Shown piece after piece: positions 26,291-43,763 of a stretch of DNA of 64,000 bases. Numbering within the stretch: position 1 is the stretch's first letter; each line of letters begins with the position of its first letter. The notes under the pieces are model-generated. The model saw only the letters and a list, made by a program, of their open reading frames with translations, made no database searches and was not told the DNA's origin. The DNA is taken from contig JBLDXI010000009.1 in the NCBI GenBank assembly GCA_047495785.1, positions 1,178,001-1,242,000 of the forward strand, given 5' to 3'. A program made the position numbers and the translations under genes. This DNA comes from Lepidodermella squamata (Eukaryota > Animalia > Gastrotricha).

Positions 26291-29200
26291 TTCCTTCTTT
26301 ATATCAACACCGGGATGAATAAAACTCTAAAACAAACAAAACAAGGCAATATTAGCTTCTGTTCGGATACGTTCAATCGAAATTTTATTGACCACTCGGT
26401 GACCTCTCGGTGTACATCGAAATGAATCACAGCGTTATGTCAACGAATAGTTTTGATGAGCCGCCCGCAATCAAGTGGCGCGCTTTGTGTGATTGATGGA
26501 TTAATCCGTCTCAAGGTGAGAACACGTCGTTCGCCCAACCGCTCGAGACGTGTCAAGAGCAGAGCGCGCACAGCGGTTGCGCAACTCTCAAAGGCGGCGC
26601 GCCAGATTTTCGACGGCTATAGAGTCGAGTGCACGCAAATATTTGAGGGATCAATTGGCCGTTACGGTGCGCTGACCCTTGTTTAAACAGCCGATTGATG
26701 CTGTCTACCGATTGATCGGCGAGAAATAATGACCTACAGTACCTACCTGAAAAACTGAGGAGATTCGGAAAAAACAATGATGAAAATACAATATATTGCA
26801 AACAGTGTCAGTGTCGATGAGTGGTAATCTAGTCATGCGAGTACCGTTTGTGAACGAAGCACGATTAGAAAGCCACCCACGAACACTGCGACACCGGCGT
26901 TTGATGACGACCAAAAGCTGGAAAGTAGAGCTGGATGAAAGAATGAATGAAGAAAAACGCGATACGCATGTTTGCCTGGTGTTGGTGTCATTATGGCTGT
27001 TTCCGCGGCCTACACTACTCCCTAAAATGCTATCGTGGATTAATGCAAAATGCTCGAGAGGAAATGACGCGGTCACGCGAAAGCTACAAATAGCTAAGCA
27101 CTACTACTACCACCACCTACATACCTACCTACCAATCGTTTTGAATTAATATGGCTAGCCACTGAGACCAAATTACTGGGCACTAAAAGGGTATAGCCAA
27201 GTGAACATCTTTTGGTAGTAAGCAAGTAAGCAGGCTACTATGGGACACTAACTAAGTTGGCTAATGTTAAACGCGAAAATTAACTGCAAACGAAACGACT
27301 AAAATGCGAAATGAACGTGGAAGGAAACTGCTGCTACTGTTGCTCAAAGTTAAAATTTGAAATTCTCGAGTGGTTGAAATTGTAACTGACTGGTAAAGTT
27401 GCAACTGTGGCTGAATTTAAGTAGCAGCTCTGGCGTGTAATGGTTATATATAGTTGCGGCGGCGGTGAGATGGAATGACAAGACAGGTGAGAGATCCAGA
27501 GGAGAACCTTGCCGTGCAGCGAAAATAGAAAAGAAAAGACGACGCAACAACAACGACCGTTTGGTCAACTATTGCGTCGGCCGGCCACCATCGCCACAAC
27601 AATAACACAATGCAGCATTATTTCGGTTTGCGTTATTGTTGTGATAGCGACGGTATTGGCTATTGTGCAGGGGCCCGTTGCTGCTGACTAAGCCGACATA
27701 CTTTGCAATAATACGGCGATGCCGTGATGTATAACAGAGACATAACACTAGATCGCGAGCGAGCGACAGGCAAGCACGGCAAGCTTCCCGTCCCGCCGCG
27801 TCGCTTTTGTTATGTTACGTGTTTACCAATACGCTTGCAAGTTTGCGTGGTTGCGATGGTGGTGGTAAGGTAAAGTGGAGTGAAGAAGAGCAAGCGCAGG
27901 CAAGCGATGCGGCCAAGCAGGCGATACTGACTACGCGACGACGACGATGATGATGATGACGACGGCGGCGACGACGAGGGAATGCACATACATGCAACAC
28001 GAAAACACACGTAGAAAAGAAACCCTACCTATTCACGCTGTCTGCCGCGGCATAATAGGCTTCGTTCAGACTGAGCGCGCGCGTTGGAATGGCGTATATA
28101 CGTGGCGACCAACCGAATAGAAGAGTTAAGCAAAATAAAAGAGCGAGCGCGAGTCGGTGAAGAGAACATGTTTAAATAGGGGACAACCGTCATTCTTCAA
28201 CACACACGACGGCCAGGTGCAGGCAAGCAGCAATCTATATTATCATTACATTCACCTGAACGCCAGCCAAAAGCCCGAGTTCAATTGAGAAGTACTCCTA
28301 CGCGCTTGTTTACAATGCGCCAAGTGAAAATGTGTATATCTAAATTTACAATAGCTCACTGCACCGTCTATACAGTTAAATTAGTTTTGTTGGTGAAATA
28401 CCATAATTACTATGAAACTTGAATTGCAGTTTTGAATGCGTTGTTGCTCGAAAGTGTTAGGCTACACGTAAACATTGTCCACGTCTTCACGGGTTGTTGA
28501 CAGTATTCAGCCAACAGTTGACAAGAGCTTGTTGTAACTACGATTATTGATGACACAACGATAATGGTGTACCAAGCTAAGTAGACAATCAACAGCGTGA
28601 TTGAAATTGCTAGACCACAGCGAGGTCAGCGTTCAGCAGCGAGCTACCGACTGCGAAAGAAGCAACATTACTGCCCGCAAACCGTCAGAATAGACTGATG
28701 AGCCCAAAAATCACCCATCGCAATTGATCGAAATACGAAGTTCGGTATCGCATAATTTGGTACTGAAATTACTGGTTGAGGCAATTAAGTCTTTTCCGAG
28801 ACACACAGATGCTTACTTCACATTCTATGCGAGAATAGGCTTACTCCGAATTTTGTGTCACAACAAGGACCAAGGACGGAATAAATGAATGAGCACTATA
28901 GCCATATTCGAGACCAGCAACCAAACAGCGGTAATAAATGGGAAGGAGCCCAAATACGCATGATGTTAGTTTCCCAGGTCTAAGGACGAGAGCCAAAAGG
29001 CAAACTCAAAAGCTCCAAGCCCCAAGCGAAGTATCAGCTTTGAAAATGTGCTATTCATCTCACTCGAATTGTTTGCCTCTGAATTGCAGATCGGATTTTG
29101 CTGACATAGATGTCAGTTATCTGCCATTGGTTAAGCTAACGAAGAAAGGAGAAGAATTCGACCTGCAATTGTGCATAGCTTTTTTTTCTTGATCACAACT

Positions 29201-29736
29201 TTTCCAACAATCTCGCGTGATAATGATAGAATTACAGCTTTTAGAAACGCTACCAACGTGAAAGTCATGAATCATCCACTATGGCGATGATTCAAAAAGG
29301 GTAAACCCCACAAGTGTTACAAGGAGTAAAGGTATAACAATCTCAAAATCAAATTCATTAAAAAACTATCAGTATATCTAACATAAAGATTCAAAGACAT
29401 TGACGAGAAGTTCTGCCAAAAAAATTCAGATACTATAGTATATCGAATGCCGACCAAAGAATTATTCAATGCAGGTTTTTCTATAAGTGTGGTTATTTGA
29501 AACTCGTGTAACAGTGAAGAACATGGAACATGCTAGCCCTTGGCTAAAACGCCAGGTTTTCATTTTCACATGGGAGTGATCGGAGACGAAATGGGAGCGG
29601 CTTGCTGATTATGTCGGCGCCAAAAATTTGAATATTCGAGCGCAGCATTTTTATGACACATAAAACGTATAAACATATAGTCACTGATAAAAATGTATTT
29701 TATTGCGAAAATTTTGAACGCAATAGGTTATTTATT

Positions 29737-29756
29737 TTTCCCGCGCGGGCAAAAAA
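29737..29756. promoter_or_regulatory. E2F-like near-palindromic site upstream of the PITP gene
   Basis: TTTCCCGCGCGGGCAAAA. Related GCGCGGGCAAAA at ~45787 (between the Ly6/NLK genes and Ran) and AAAGCGCGCGCAAA at ~56462 (between DNAJA3 and coronin). Confidence 0.35.
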
Positions 29757-30052
29757 GTCCCCGGTCGAAGTTTTGGTAGCGACCTGTCAGCTGTCAGCTG
29801 TCATCGTTTTTCGCTTCCTCCGTCTTGGGTTAAAGTCATCGTGCGTTCAGTGTTTGTACTCGCCAAATTTCTACTTACTTGCTAGGACAACGATTTGTAC
29901 TGGTGTTATCGCAAAAAGCAGATCCTATTTTCAAAATTAATTTCCTGAATGAAAATTGGAACTGGGAACATGAGGAATATCGATGTAAGGTGGTCGGTTT
30001 CTAACTCTGTCATTTTTCTGTGTAGGTGTTAATCTGGAAATTATTGTACGAG

Positions 30053-31123
30053 ATGCTGATCAAAGAATTGTATGCCTTTTAACTGTAAATGTGATATTTT
30101 GTAATTCAATTTTTATCGCAGTCGTGTAACGCTTCCAATCACTGTCGAAGAGGTTTGAGCCATCTAAATCTAAAGTTCTTACAGTGCTAATTTTCTTTAT
30201 TACAGTACCAAGTTGGACAGCTATGGTCTGTTGCGGAGACTAGCAAGCAAAATACTGGCGGTGGCGAAGGCATCGAAGTTCAGAAAAATGAGCCGTTTGC
30301 AAACAAGAAAATTTTCGGAGACTACGATAGCGGTCAATACACCTATAAAATTTACCATTTGCAAAGCCGTATTCCTGCAATCGTGAGATTTTTCATGCCC
30401 AAGGGATCTATGGAAATTCACGAAGAAGCGTGGAATGCTTTCCCATACTGCCGTACCATCATCACTGTTCGTTGAAGATTCATTGCATATATTTTGTTAC
30501 AACGTTGCTTTCTTCTATCAGAATCCTGGTTACATGAAAGATAACTTTATTATCAAAGTTGAATCGCTTCATTTACCTGATCGAGGAACAACTGAAAATG
30601 TAAGCCCCCCTTTGAATGTGTTCAACTGCTATAAAGTTTTCCGCCTTAGGCTCATAACTTGCCTGCCGATTTGCTTTCAAAACGTGAAGTTGTGCACATT
30701 GATATCGCTAACGATCCGATACAGCCGAAGGATTACAAAGAGGACCAAGATCCTCAAAAGGTTGCATCAAAGAAAACAGGTCGTGGACCTTTGAATGGAA
30801 ACTGGATTGCTACCACAAATCCTGTGATGACATGCTACAAGTTGGTTACTTGCGAGTTTAAATGGTTTGGCATGCAAGGTCGCGTCGAAAAGTTCATCCA
30901 AGACGTAAAATGATTTCAAGCTAATAAATTATCCCATATCTCTAATTCTTTTCAGGCTGAGCGAAGAATTTTCTTCCTCTTCCACCGTCAAGTTTATTCT
31001 TGGCTGGATCACTGGCATGGTCTCACTATGGCGGATATTCGTCGCATCGAGGATGAAACTAAAGTTGCTCTTGATGAGAAGCGACAGAAAGCGGAAAAGC
31101 ACAGCGGGTTTGATGCTGAATGA
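30053..31123 (+). CDS. PITPNA: Class I phosphatidylinositol transfer protein (PITP alpha/beta type)
   Basis: Six exons: [41 protein letters not shown]...[12 protein letters not shown]...[22 protein letters not shown]/...KTGRGPL...[17 protein letters not shown]/...[24 protein letters not shown]...DAE*. The vertebrate alpha and beta paralogs cannot be distinguished here. Confidence 0.95.
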
Positions 31124-33757
31124 TTTCAATTATTAACTGTCTCGTACCACCGAAAAAGATTTTTCACCACCGCTGTATTTTAATGTCGTGAGTGATTAAT
31201 TTGATCGTAAAAATATCGGCGAACTTCTGTCAGAAATAGCTTGAAAATATTAGTAATTTTATGAATATTGATGTCGATTCCATCTGCGCAGCATGATATT
31301 TTACGTAATGAAATTTTGTCATGCTATGCGATTCTCAATTTGGTGTGATACTACGATATCACCATTACTTCGTTATCGGAAGATATACTTTGTTTACGAA
31401 TTTTTCTAATTAGTTATCAGATTGCTATTCTTTCGGAAGTGGATCATTCTTGCTAGGATTTTACTCCCGGTTCTTCTAGACATGACCATGAGTAAGCTTT
31501 CGTACTTCTATTTTTCCGCAGGTGTTTTTGCAACATTGACTTAACAATCAGCTTGATATGAGACAGCCTTGCGTTCGGATCAGTTTAGTCGTCATATAAA
31601 GTAATGAAATCGCTTTGTGCGTGGCTTGCAATATTTTTTGCCGATACGCTTGTGGCAATGTCTTTACTCGCTTTTTGTCTCGATATCCCTGTCTGTAGTT
31701 ATATCTAATAATAGCGGTATTACTACAAAAACTGCAGCAATCTGAAGGGCACATGTCTTTAGTACTAATGGTGGTACATCTTTGAATGCTGGAATATATG
31801 TGATTTTTTTAATTTGGATTATCACCATAGCTGTTATGAACCCCTGTGTCTAAAAACTCCTGATTTGGTTAATCTTGAATTCATGTTCCTCCAATGTTTT
31901 AAGCTTTGTCATCTGATACCGAATGATGAGGAAATCTTCCGCAAAGATGTTTCCGGCGAAATTAGATTTGTTAGATCATAATTTGTTCCACGCATTCCTA
32001 TTCGCAACCTTCTAACTATACAATTGTGCCGTCTTATGGTAAGAATATTCGTCTGTGTTCTTCGATACTGTTTGGGAAATTGAAACTGGTCATATTGATT
32101 ATTACATCAACATTATTTTTCTTGGAATTTCGCTTGGTGATTAGGTTTTGAAAGTGAATAATGAAATATTATAATGCGAGCGTGTTAACGTTCGATGTGG
32201 ATCGCCTTTCTCGTGTCGAATTCATTGTGTTTCTTGAAATGTTTATTAAAAAGATAAATTTAAATAGAAATATATTCATATATATCGCTCCGTCAGGAAC
32301 TGTTAGCGGCAATTTAATGAATGAAAATAAAGGCAGTTTGCTGTATCTCCTTTTTGTAACATGTCGAAGTAATCAAGCTAATTCGATACATACATTTATC
32401 GACGACACTAGCCCATCGCTGTGTCCTAAGAAGCAATTATATGCATTTCCCGTTTTGAACTGCTTTTGGCGATGCAGCTGAACTGTTGAATTCCGTCGTC
32501 GTAAGCAAAGCATTATTCCACGTGCGCAATTTATATAGGAAATTCAGTAGCTATAAAAATGCAGAATATAATAAATCGAATACTGATATCGATATTTTAG
32601 TGGTGGTTTGCAGCTTGAATGAATGAATTATCGCACCCTACTACGAACACACCCATCGCCGCGAGGAAGGTATGAACAGCTGCTTCCGTAGGTTTGAAAC
32701 CCCATAGTTGACGTGATATAAATGACGTTTATACAAAATGTCAACAACAATGAGTAAGTCGGCGTTGGAGGCAATTTGATCCTGAGTAAACAACGAATCA
32801 ATTGATGAAGTCGCCGGCGACGATTACATAATATGGTCAAAAGAATAAAAATATTCGATTTTATTTGACAATAATTTGACCTGAATATTGGTTCCAGCGA
32901 GAATGCGATCGAATACTGCGTCGTGCATAATAAATCGCCGGAAACATTTGACGGATGCATGGAGTGCGAAATCACCTATCACCTTGATCGAACATTTTCC
33001 GATGAGATTTTTTTTATGGTGCCTATATTATACTTGAAAGTTACCAAGTTGTTCTACAGTCATTCAAGGTATCCCAATATCTAACTCGTCGAAAAATACC
33101 AAGAATACTGACCTTGACTTATGGCTGACAGGCTGAAGTGCGAGTAAAAATTATTATTCAGTCGGCAGTTGTAGATCTTTACCTAAAACTTAATTTAAGG
33201 TCAATATGCGATGTTTGTGTGAATTCCTTACAAGGTGTGAAAGCACGAGCCTCGGCGCAATTGCTACGCGCCAAGGGATTTACCGCGACGCAGTTTGGAA
33301 ATTAGTCGCTCTGCTGTTCGCATAACTCTAGGTGTTTCCGATTGATTGCTTTCATTACGAAGCTTGAACGAGAGTAATCAAGCCAATTCGGTTCGGCAAT
33401 TCGAACGTACGCTATGGATACTTTCCTTTTGCTCAATGGATGCGCGGAAACAACCGTTTTCGGGGCCGGCAAGGCTCAAGTACAATTTACTTCATTTACT
33501 ATTATCGGAATGAATTGAATGAATTCATTAACAACTTGACCGGAAATAAGTGACAAGTGGGACTTGGCGTATTTTCTGTATTTTCCAGCAAATGAACGTG
33601 TGTTGACTTGAAGAGGGAAAGATTCTTGGATTCCCAGATGTCTTATAGACCATAAAGAAAAAACTTTACCATAACATTTCAGAATCTTCATTTTTATTCA
33701 AAGTTGAATTTCTCAAAGCGGATCTCCGTTGTTCACCGTTGTTCACCAAATTTTGCA

Positions 33758-33944
33758 TGCATATAGAACGCGAGCTCCTCTATCGCGTGGTATAAGATTT
33801 GAGGTGGGCAACCCAACCGTTGATACGACACAAAAACCTCTTTTTCACTATGGTTTCACTTATTTTGATGAGATCAAGACTGAGCAGAAATTGCCCACCT
33901 CAAATCGTATACCACGTTAAAGAGCAGCTCGTGTTCTATATGCA
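33758..33944. repeat. 54-bp inverted repeat (core of a palindromic MITE-like element)
   Basis: 33758-33811 and 33891-33944 are reverse complements with 6 mismatches and a 79-nt spacer. Confidence 0.85.
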
Positions 33945-33946
33945 GG

Positions 33947-35297
33947 AAGGCTTTCAAACATGTTTGTCCGTCTAAATACTCGTGTTTGAAAGAAAATGTT
34001 TGTCAGGCGTGTTGAAAATGCCTTCAAACAATGTTAACATTTGAAAAACATTCAAACATTTGCTGCTGCAGCCGCAGCGGAGGTGCCAGCCGGAACGATA
34101 TATCATCGGCAGCATTGCGAGCGCTTCGTTGAATAATTGAGTGGAATGGTTTACGCTGATTCATAAATTTCTCAGGACGCGTGCCTCGCGAAAAAATCGT
34201 ATCGGCAGTTGAAGATCAGTTTTTTACGCTTTCGAAAGATTCGATTTTCTCTACTTGATCTATAGGTAGTGAGAAGTTGGAAAATTTTCTGCCGCGGCCA
34301 TTGATTCAATGGGACGACGATAAAATTGAAGCTAATAACATTCCACGTGACATACTGAAGTCCATATTTTTTCATATTTTGCATAAATTATGCTATTTTC
34401 TTTACAAACATTGTTTGCAGGTGTAAATAATTCTTTTGCAAACAAATGTTTGAAGGGTTCAAAAGTGACCTTTCACCTTTTCCAATGTTTGGCAAAGAAG
34501 TTTGATCGTGTAAATGCATTTATACGCAACCTCCTGTGCATCGCCCATTGTGAAGCACCTACACTGTATCTGACGATATTCCGCAAGCTCGATTATGTGA
34601 TTTTTCACAAATCGCAAATGCTTGTGCGAGCAGTGAGGGTTGAACCAGCGACCTTTCGATCAGCATTGGCGAAGCGTAACTAATAAGCTAAGCCGCCGCT
34701 CACTATTTATGCTCATAAAACGTTGTTTTTATGTGTGATTTTTTCAAAAAGCAAAAACTCCCATTAAATTGGTAGTAGCATATGCTAACGAGTCGATAGG
34801 ATGAAAAGCCCGTGATAAATGAAAGTAGGCAATTTTTTCGCCAATAAAATTTTACCCCATCGAAAGAGGCTATAGTTATGGTTGTAACGAACGACACACT
34901 ATAGCCTACCTGGTCTACCTTAAGACGTAATTATGCCCAATTTTCGCAAAATTCCACGTTCAGGTTACAGAATATAGAAAATTATTCGTACCCTACGAAT
35001 ATAGTCGACCATTTTTTGCCTGATGAACAAGGCGATGCACATGCGGTCGCGTAAAAATTCGTTATTAGTAGGCTCAGTGTGAATACGGCTTCGATATTGA
35101 TGCGAGTGATTTTTTTGCGACCTAAAATCACACGACACGCGTGTTTTAGTTCGTAAGAAAAAACCATCACTTGCATCAATATCTAGCCATATTCACTTTG
35201 AGCCTATACCAATAACCAACATTCAAACATTTTCATCAAATATTCCTGTTTGAAGTCAATGTTTGACAAAATGTTTGCCCGTTTATACGAGCCTTAA
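33947..35297. mobile_element. Degenerate non-autonomous DNA transposon(s), possibly PIF/Harbinger-like
   Basis: Many TCAAACA/TGTTTG subterminal motifs at both ends and near 34445-34520. The right end reads TGTTTGCCCGTTTATACGAGCC followed by TTAA. Related motifs at 33960-33980 and 34498-34518. No intact left TIR or transposase. Confidence 0.45.
34625..34699 (-). mobile_element. tRNA-derived degenerate sequence (SINE head or tRNA pseudogene)
   Basis: The - strand reads GCGGCGGCTTAGCTTATTAGTTACGC...AAGGTCGCTGGTTCAACCCTCACTGCTCGCA. This gives A-box-like and B-box-like (GGTTCAACCC) motifs at tRNA spacing over 75 nt. The acceptor, anticodon and T stems are broken. Confidence 0.6.
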
Positions 35298-35549
35298 TAC
35301 TTGGCAAACACTTGACATGTGAAACGTAGAACTGATTAGTTTTATTTAGTTCTGTTCCTTATCCAGCGTTTTCAGCGTCTGACTCGATTCCTAATTCATG
35401 TTGTTTAATACCTTTCATGGTATTGCTAAACTCTATTGCTGTAGAGCATTGCTAAATCTATATTATTTGGACAACAATTATTAGTGCTACATAATTATGT
35501 TATTCATCTTTGTAATTTGTTAGTTGTCATCTAAATTAATCATCTGTGA

Positions 35550-35837
35550 ATGGCTCACATGGGAGCGTTTAACGAGGTCAAGTACAACGACGATGGGACG
35601 TTTTTGTTGGTGGAATCTGGACTGTATCAGTTCCTAGCTGGCATGACCTTTGATCCTAAGAAAGGTGCATATGCAATGGTGCGCCCTGGAGATAAGGAAC
35701 CAATGCGCTATTCAAATAGTCGATCTGAGCTGTCGAGAGAGCTATGGGATGCGTTTGAGCGCGGAGACGAGCAGTTTGATAATGATACTGTCGTTGCTTT
35801 GGATGATCTTCAAAAGAGTACTCCAATCAAGATTTAA
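35550..35837 (+). CDS. Hypothetical 95-aa protein (orphan; weak TNF/C1q-like motif)
   Basis: Intronless ORF with protein-like composition in AT-rich flanks. AG acceptor at ~35523, AATAAA at ~35982. Confidence 0.5.
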   Translation: MAHMGAFNEVKYNDDGTFLLVESGLYQFLAGMTFDPKKGAYAMVRPGDKEPMRYSNSRSELSRELWDAFERGDEQFDNDTVVALDDLQKSTPIKI

Positions 35838-38800
35838 TCGATATTACGGATGATATAAGTTTTTGTGGAAGTTGTTTCACAAGGAATTATATCAGGATTC
35901 TAATCCATAACATTTGCTAATTTTCGATCTAACTGCTCAGCAAATACCAGGGAAAACAATAAAACAGCTGGTTATCAATGCAATAAAATTCTTACGTTCT
36001 ATTTGGCGGAAAAATGGTAGAAAATTGAGTTATGCTTGAGCCACCTTGTCTTTTTTGGGCATTCAGCTGAGGAAAAAGATGCGAAATCCATCACTTACAA
36101 ATCGCTTTCACCACGGTAAGGCAACCCTTTTTGTAAACTTGGGCAACCTGAGCATTTTTCTTCGTAGTATATTTGGTGCTTTTTGTTCTTAATTTGTGCT
36201 AAGTTTTTCGTTTCGAATATCTCGCTAGCTATTATGAAAAACGCCGGTCCGGAAATCGAACATAAATCATATATCTATGTCAGCGACGCCGCTTCCTGAT
36301 TCTTCTACCTGACTCCATTGTCCTGAATTTTACCCAATCAATGAAAAAACAAAATGACGACGCAGTAAAATTTATTTATTAGTAGAAAAAGATAACGTGC
36401 ATAACACAACGACGGTAATTTTTAGTTGACGACCCCAACGATACCATACATACATAAGAGCGCATCAGACGCGGATACAAACCTCAAAGAGAGAAAGAGA
36501 GGAGAGATAGAGAAAAAGGTTTTTCATCATCGTCATCATCATCATTCGAAAGTTGAAACATGACACTTTCTATAATATGTAGCGGCATGATCGGTTATGA
36601 TAATAATGAAGATATAGAATGCAGAATTAATGGATCGGGTACAATATGCAAATCATCATTTTATCAATGTAATGGTTTGATAGCAATGGCAGATAGTGCT
36701 GCTTCTGATACACACGCTTAATTCGAAATATAGCTTCTAATAATCTGGCTTCAATTTATGTATTAGTAATATCCTTGCTGTTGGAGGCGCTAAAATGACG
36801 AGTACTAATGAAGGATAACGAGAACGAGAACACAGAACACAAAACGGAGTGAACACTTGTTGTTTTGCTTGTTTGTCACCAGAACCTTGTTGAATTGATA
36901 AATGATTTTAACAGAAGTAAATCTACAACAGACCACCACACCACACGCGAAGAGAAACCGTCGAGAGAAAAGCTGAAATTGCATTCCAAAAACAGAGATT
37001 TTGAGACTTGCTTCATCATCATCATCATCATTTGAAGTAAAAATCATGTTCAGCATGGAGGCAAGGCTTTGAGCGTGTTGACTAAATATTGTCATTTTCG
37101 TAAAACTACTAGAATAATAATTGGCTACTTGTTGAAGAAGGCGAACGAGGCGGAAGAGCGGAATGAGCCCGCGCTTGCTGATGCTTTCATTCGAACTGAA
37201 AACATGAGGAACGGAATCAACGGACGAATGGAGAGAGAGAGGCAGTCTCTAACAGACAACAATCGTGATGAGGCCTATACACGTCAGATACAAATCAGAA
37301 TCTGTGAAATCATTAATGTCAATGTCCATCGTTATTATTAAAAATTAATGCTAGTCAGCAGCAACTATAAACGAGGCGCATGTCACAAAAAACTGCTCGC
37401 AGTTATTTTGCCTGTTATAACCATCAACACAAAGGAATATCGAATACACATGCACGTTCTCAACTAAGTAAAAAAATCATTCGCTTCTTACTAAGATTTA
37501 TCATCATCATCCTCATCATCATCATCATTACCTCGATAGAAGACAGAATCTTTAGAAAATCGTTGCACACAATTGAAGGAGTGAGAAAATTGAGAATCTG
37601 AATATTTCCAGTTTTTGCAGGTTAGAATTATTTTCCCCAGGATAAAGATTTCTTAAATTTTGTGATGAGTAATTAAATCAAATAGAAAATCAATAATTCA
37701 TTTGAAACGCGACTGTCTCGCCGATTTCCAGGGAAGATAAACATTATTTTTTATAATTATATCCAATGAATCGAGTTTCCGAGAACATTCAGAGAAAAGA
37801 CAAAACAAGAGAGAAAAAGAATAAACAATGCAACCATCAACATGATAGAATAGTGATGCTGTTAATAATGAATAAATTGTTGTAAATAACGGATTTTTTT
37901 AGTGTAGTAATCGATAAATAAAGGTTGATTAATATATATTTTAACTGGTATGTAGGATAGATGAATTCAAGGCGAATTTTCCATCATCAAACAAAACAAT
38001 AATTTTCTGAACCAGAGCGCGTGTTCTATGCCCACTCATTTTCATTTGGTGTGCTTCCGATTTGCACAAAACAACAGCCAAAACAAAAACAGGTGCACGC
38101 AAAGCTCGTTTTAGCATAGCTCTACTTTGTTGCGATCGATTGTAAATACATAAAGTGGAATAATGCGAGAGGGAAGCGGCGCGGAATTCGATCTATAGCG
38201 TCTGAGAGCAATGTTTAAATAGCGGCAGATTGTTTTTCTGAAAGAAAGAGTATACGCAGCCGATGTTCAAGTAGAGAAACAAAGACCTATATCGTAGTAT
38301 CGCTCCTCATATACCAGATAATACGGCGCGATTAACACATCAATAACAATAGGATGCGGATCAGGTTGAATAGATCGGTTCATCATCATAAAGCGGTTAC
38401 TCGTGATTGATTAAAATTTCAGGCGAGTCACTACTTCACTAAACCATGGAAAAGCGCGTCAGATGGTAACGAAAAACGATCAATCGATGAAAGAATCAAA
38501 TTGCTATAATTTTAAATGAGGTTCTCAAATCGTATTTGATAATAAAGTTTGATATCATCGTCATTAAATGCCTATAGTATGGAAAGATCGCGCAATAGAA
38601 GAAGTCGGCCTAAAAGCTGTTGGGAAAGCGAACGCTTTGCGTCAATGATAATAACAATAATAATCATAATAATCAGGTAAGGAAGAGGGGCGCCTGTTCA
38701 CAACAAAAGTCACTGATAATTTCGCTATTAAATTGAAGCATCAAAAATTTCGTTTTGCACAACGAGCGCTGACAACGAAGCACGCGGTTGTCAGACGGGC

Positions 38801-39200
38801 TCGGATTGGTCGGCGGTGAAGTAGAGAGAGATGCATTTCACACACTCGCAGAGAAAAATGGCTGGCAGCGTGTAATTATTTTTAATTATTGTTACAAATT
38901 GAGCGGATATCGTTTGATAAGAAAGATAATAATTGCAACGATTAAATACAATGGAAAAAACGGTGAGCGGTGTTGTTGCTGATGTTGTTGAACACTCCTC
39001 TGATATCAATAATGATTTGATATATTACTATATAGCTTTCCTTATTATGCGCCTTCATTCAATCATTCATTCACTCAATACAGTTTTTCGATAGAGAGAG
39101 AAAATTTGCCCGGACTAGGCGTCAAGGGTAGAAGTAAAATTAAAGATTGGTGCACTGAGAGATTTTCAATTATTTTTTCTGCAATGAAATCAGAGCTGAT

Positions 39201-43763
<4,563 letters not shown>

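Noticed and set aside
28650-29600. Possible decayed gene or transposon fragment (ORF 28938-29192 and neighbours)
   Set aside because: Frames are short and interrupted, and I recognise no family.
31500-33700. Short ORFs and splice-like signals after the PITP gene
   Set aside because: No consistent exon chain. Part is probably PITP 3' UTR (AATAAA ~32325).
34625-34699. Functional tRNA gene
   Set aside because: Acceptor, anticodon and T stems do not pair, so it is kept only as a tRNA-derived relic.
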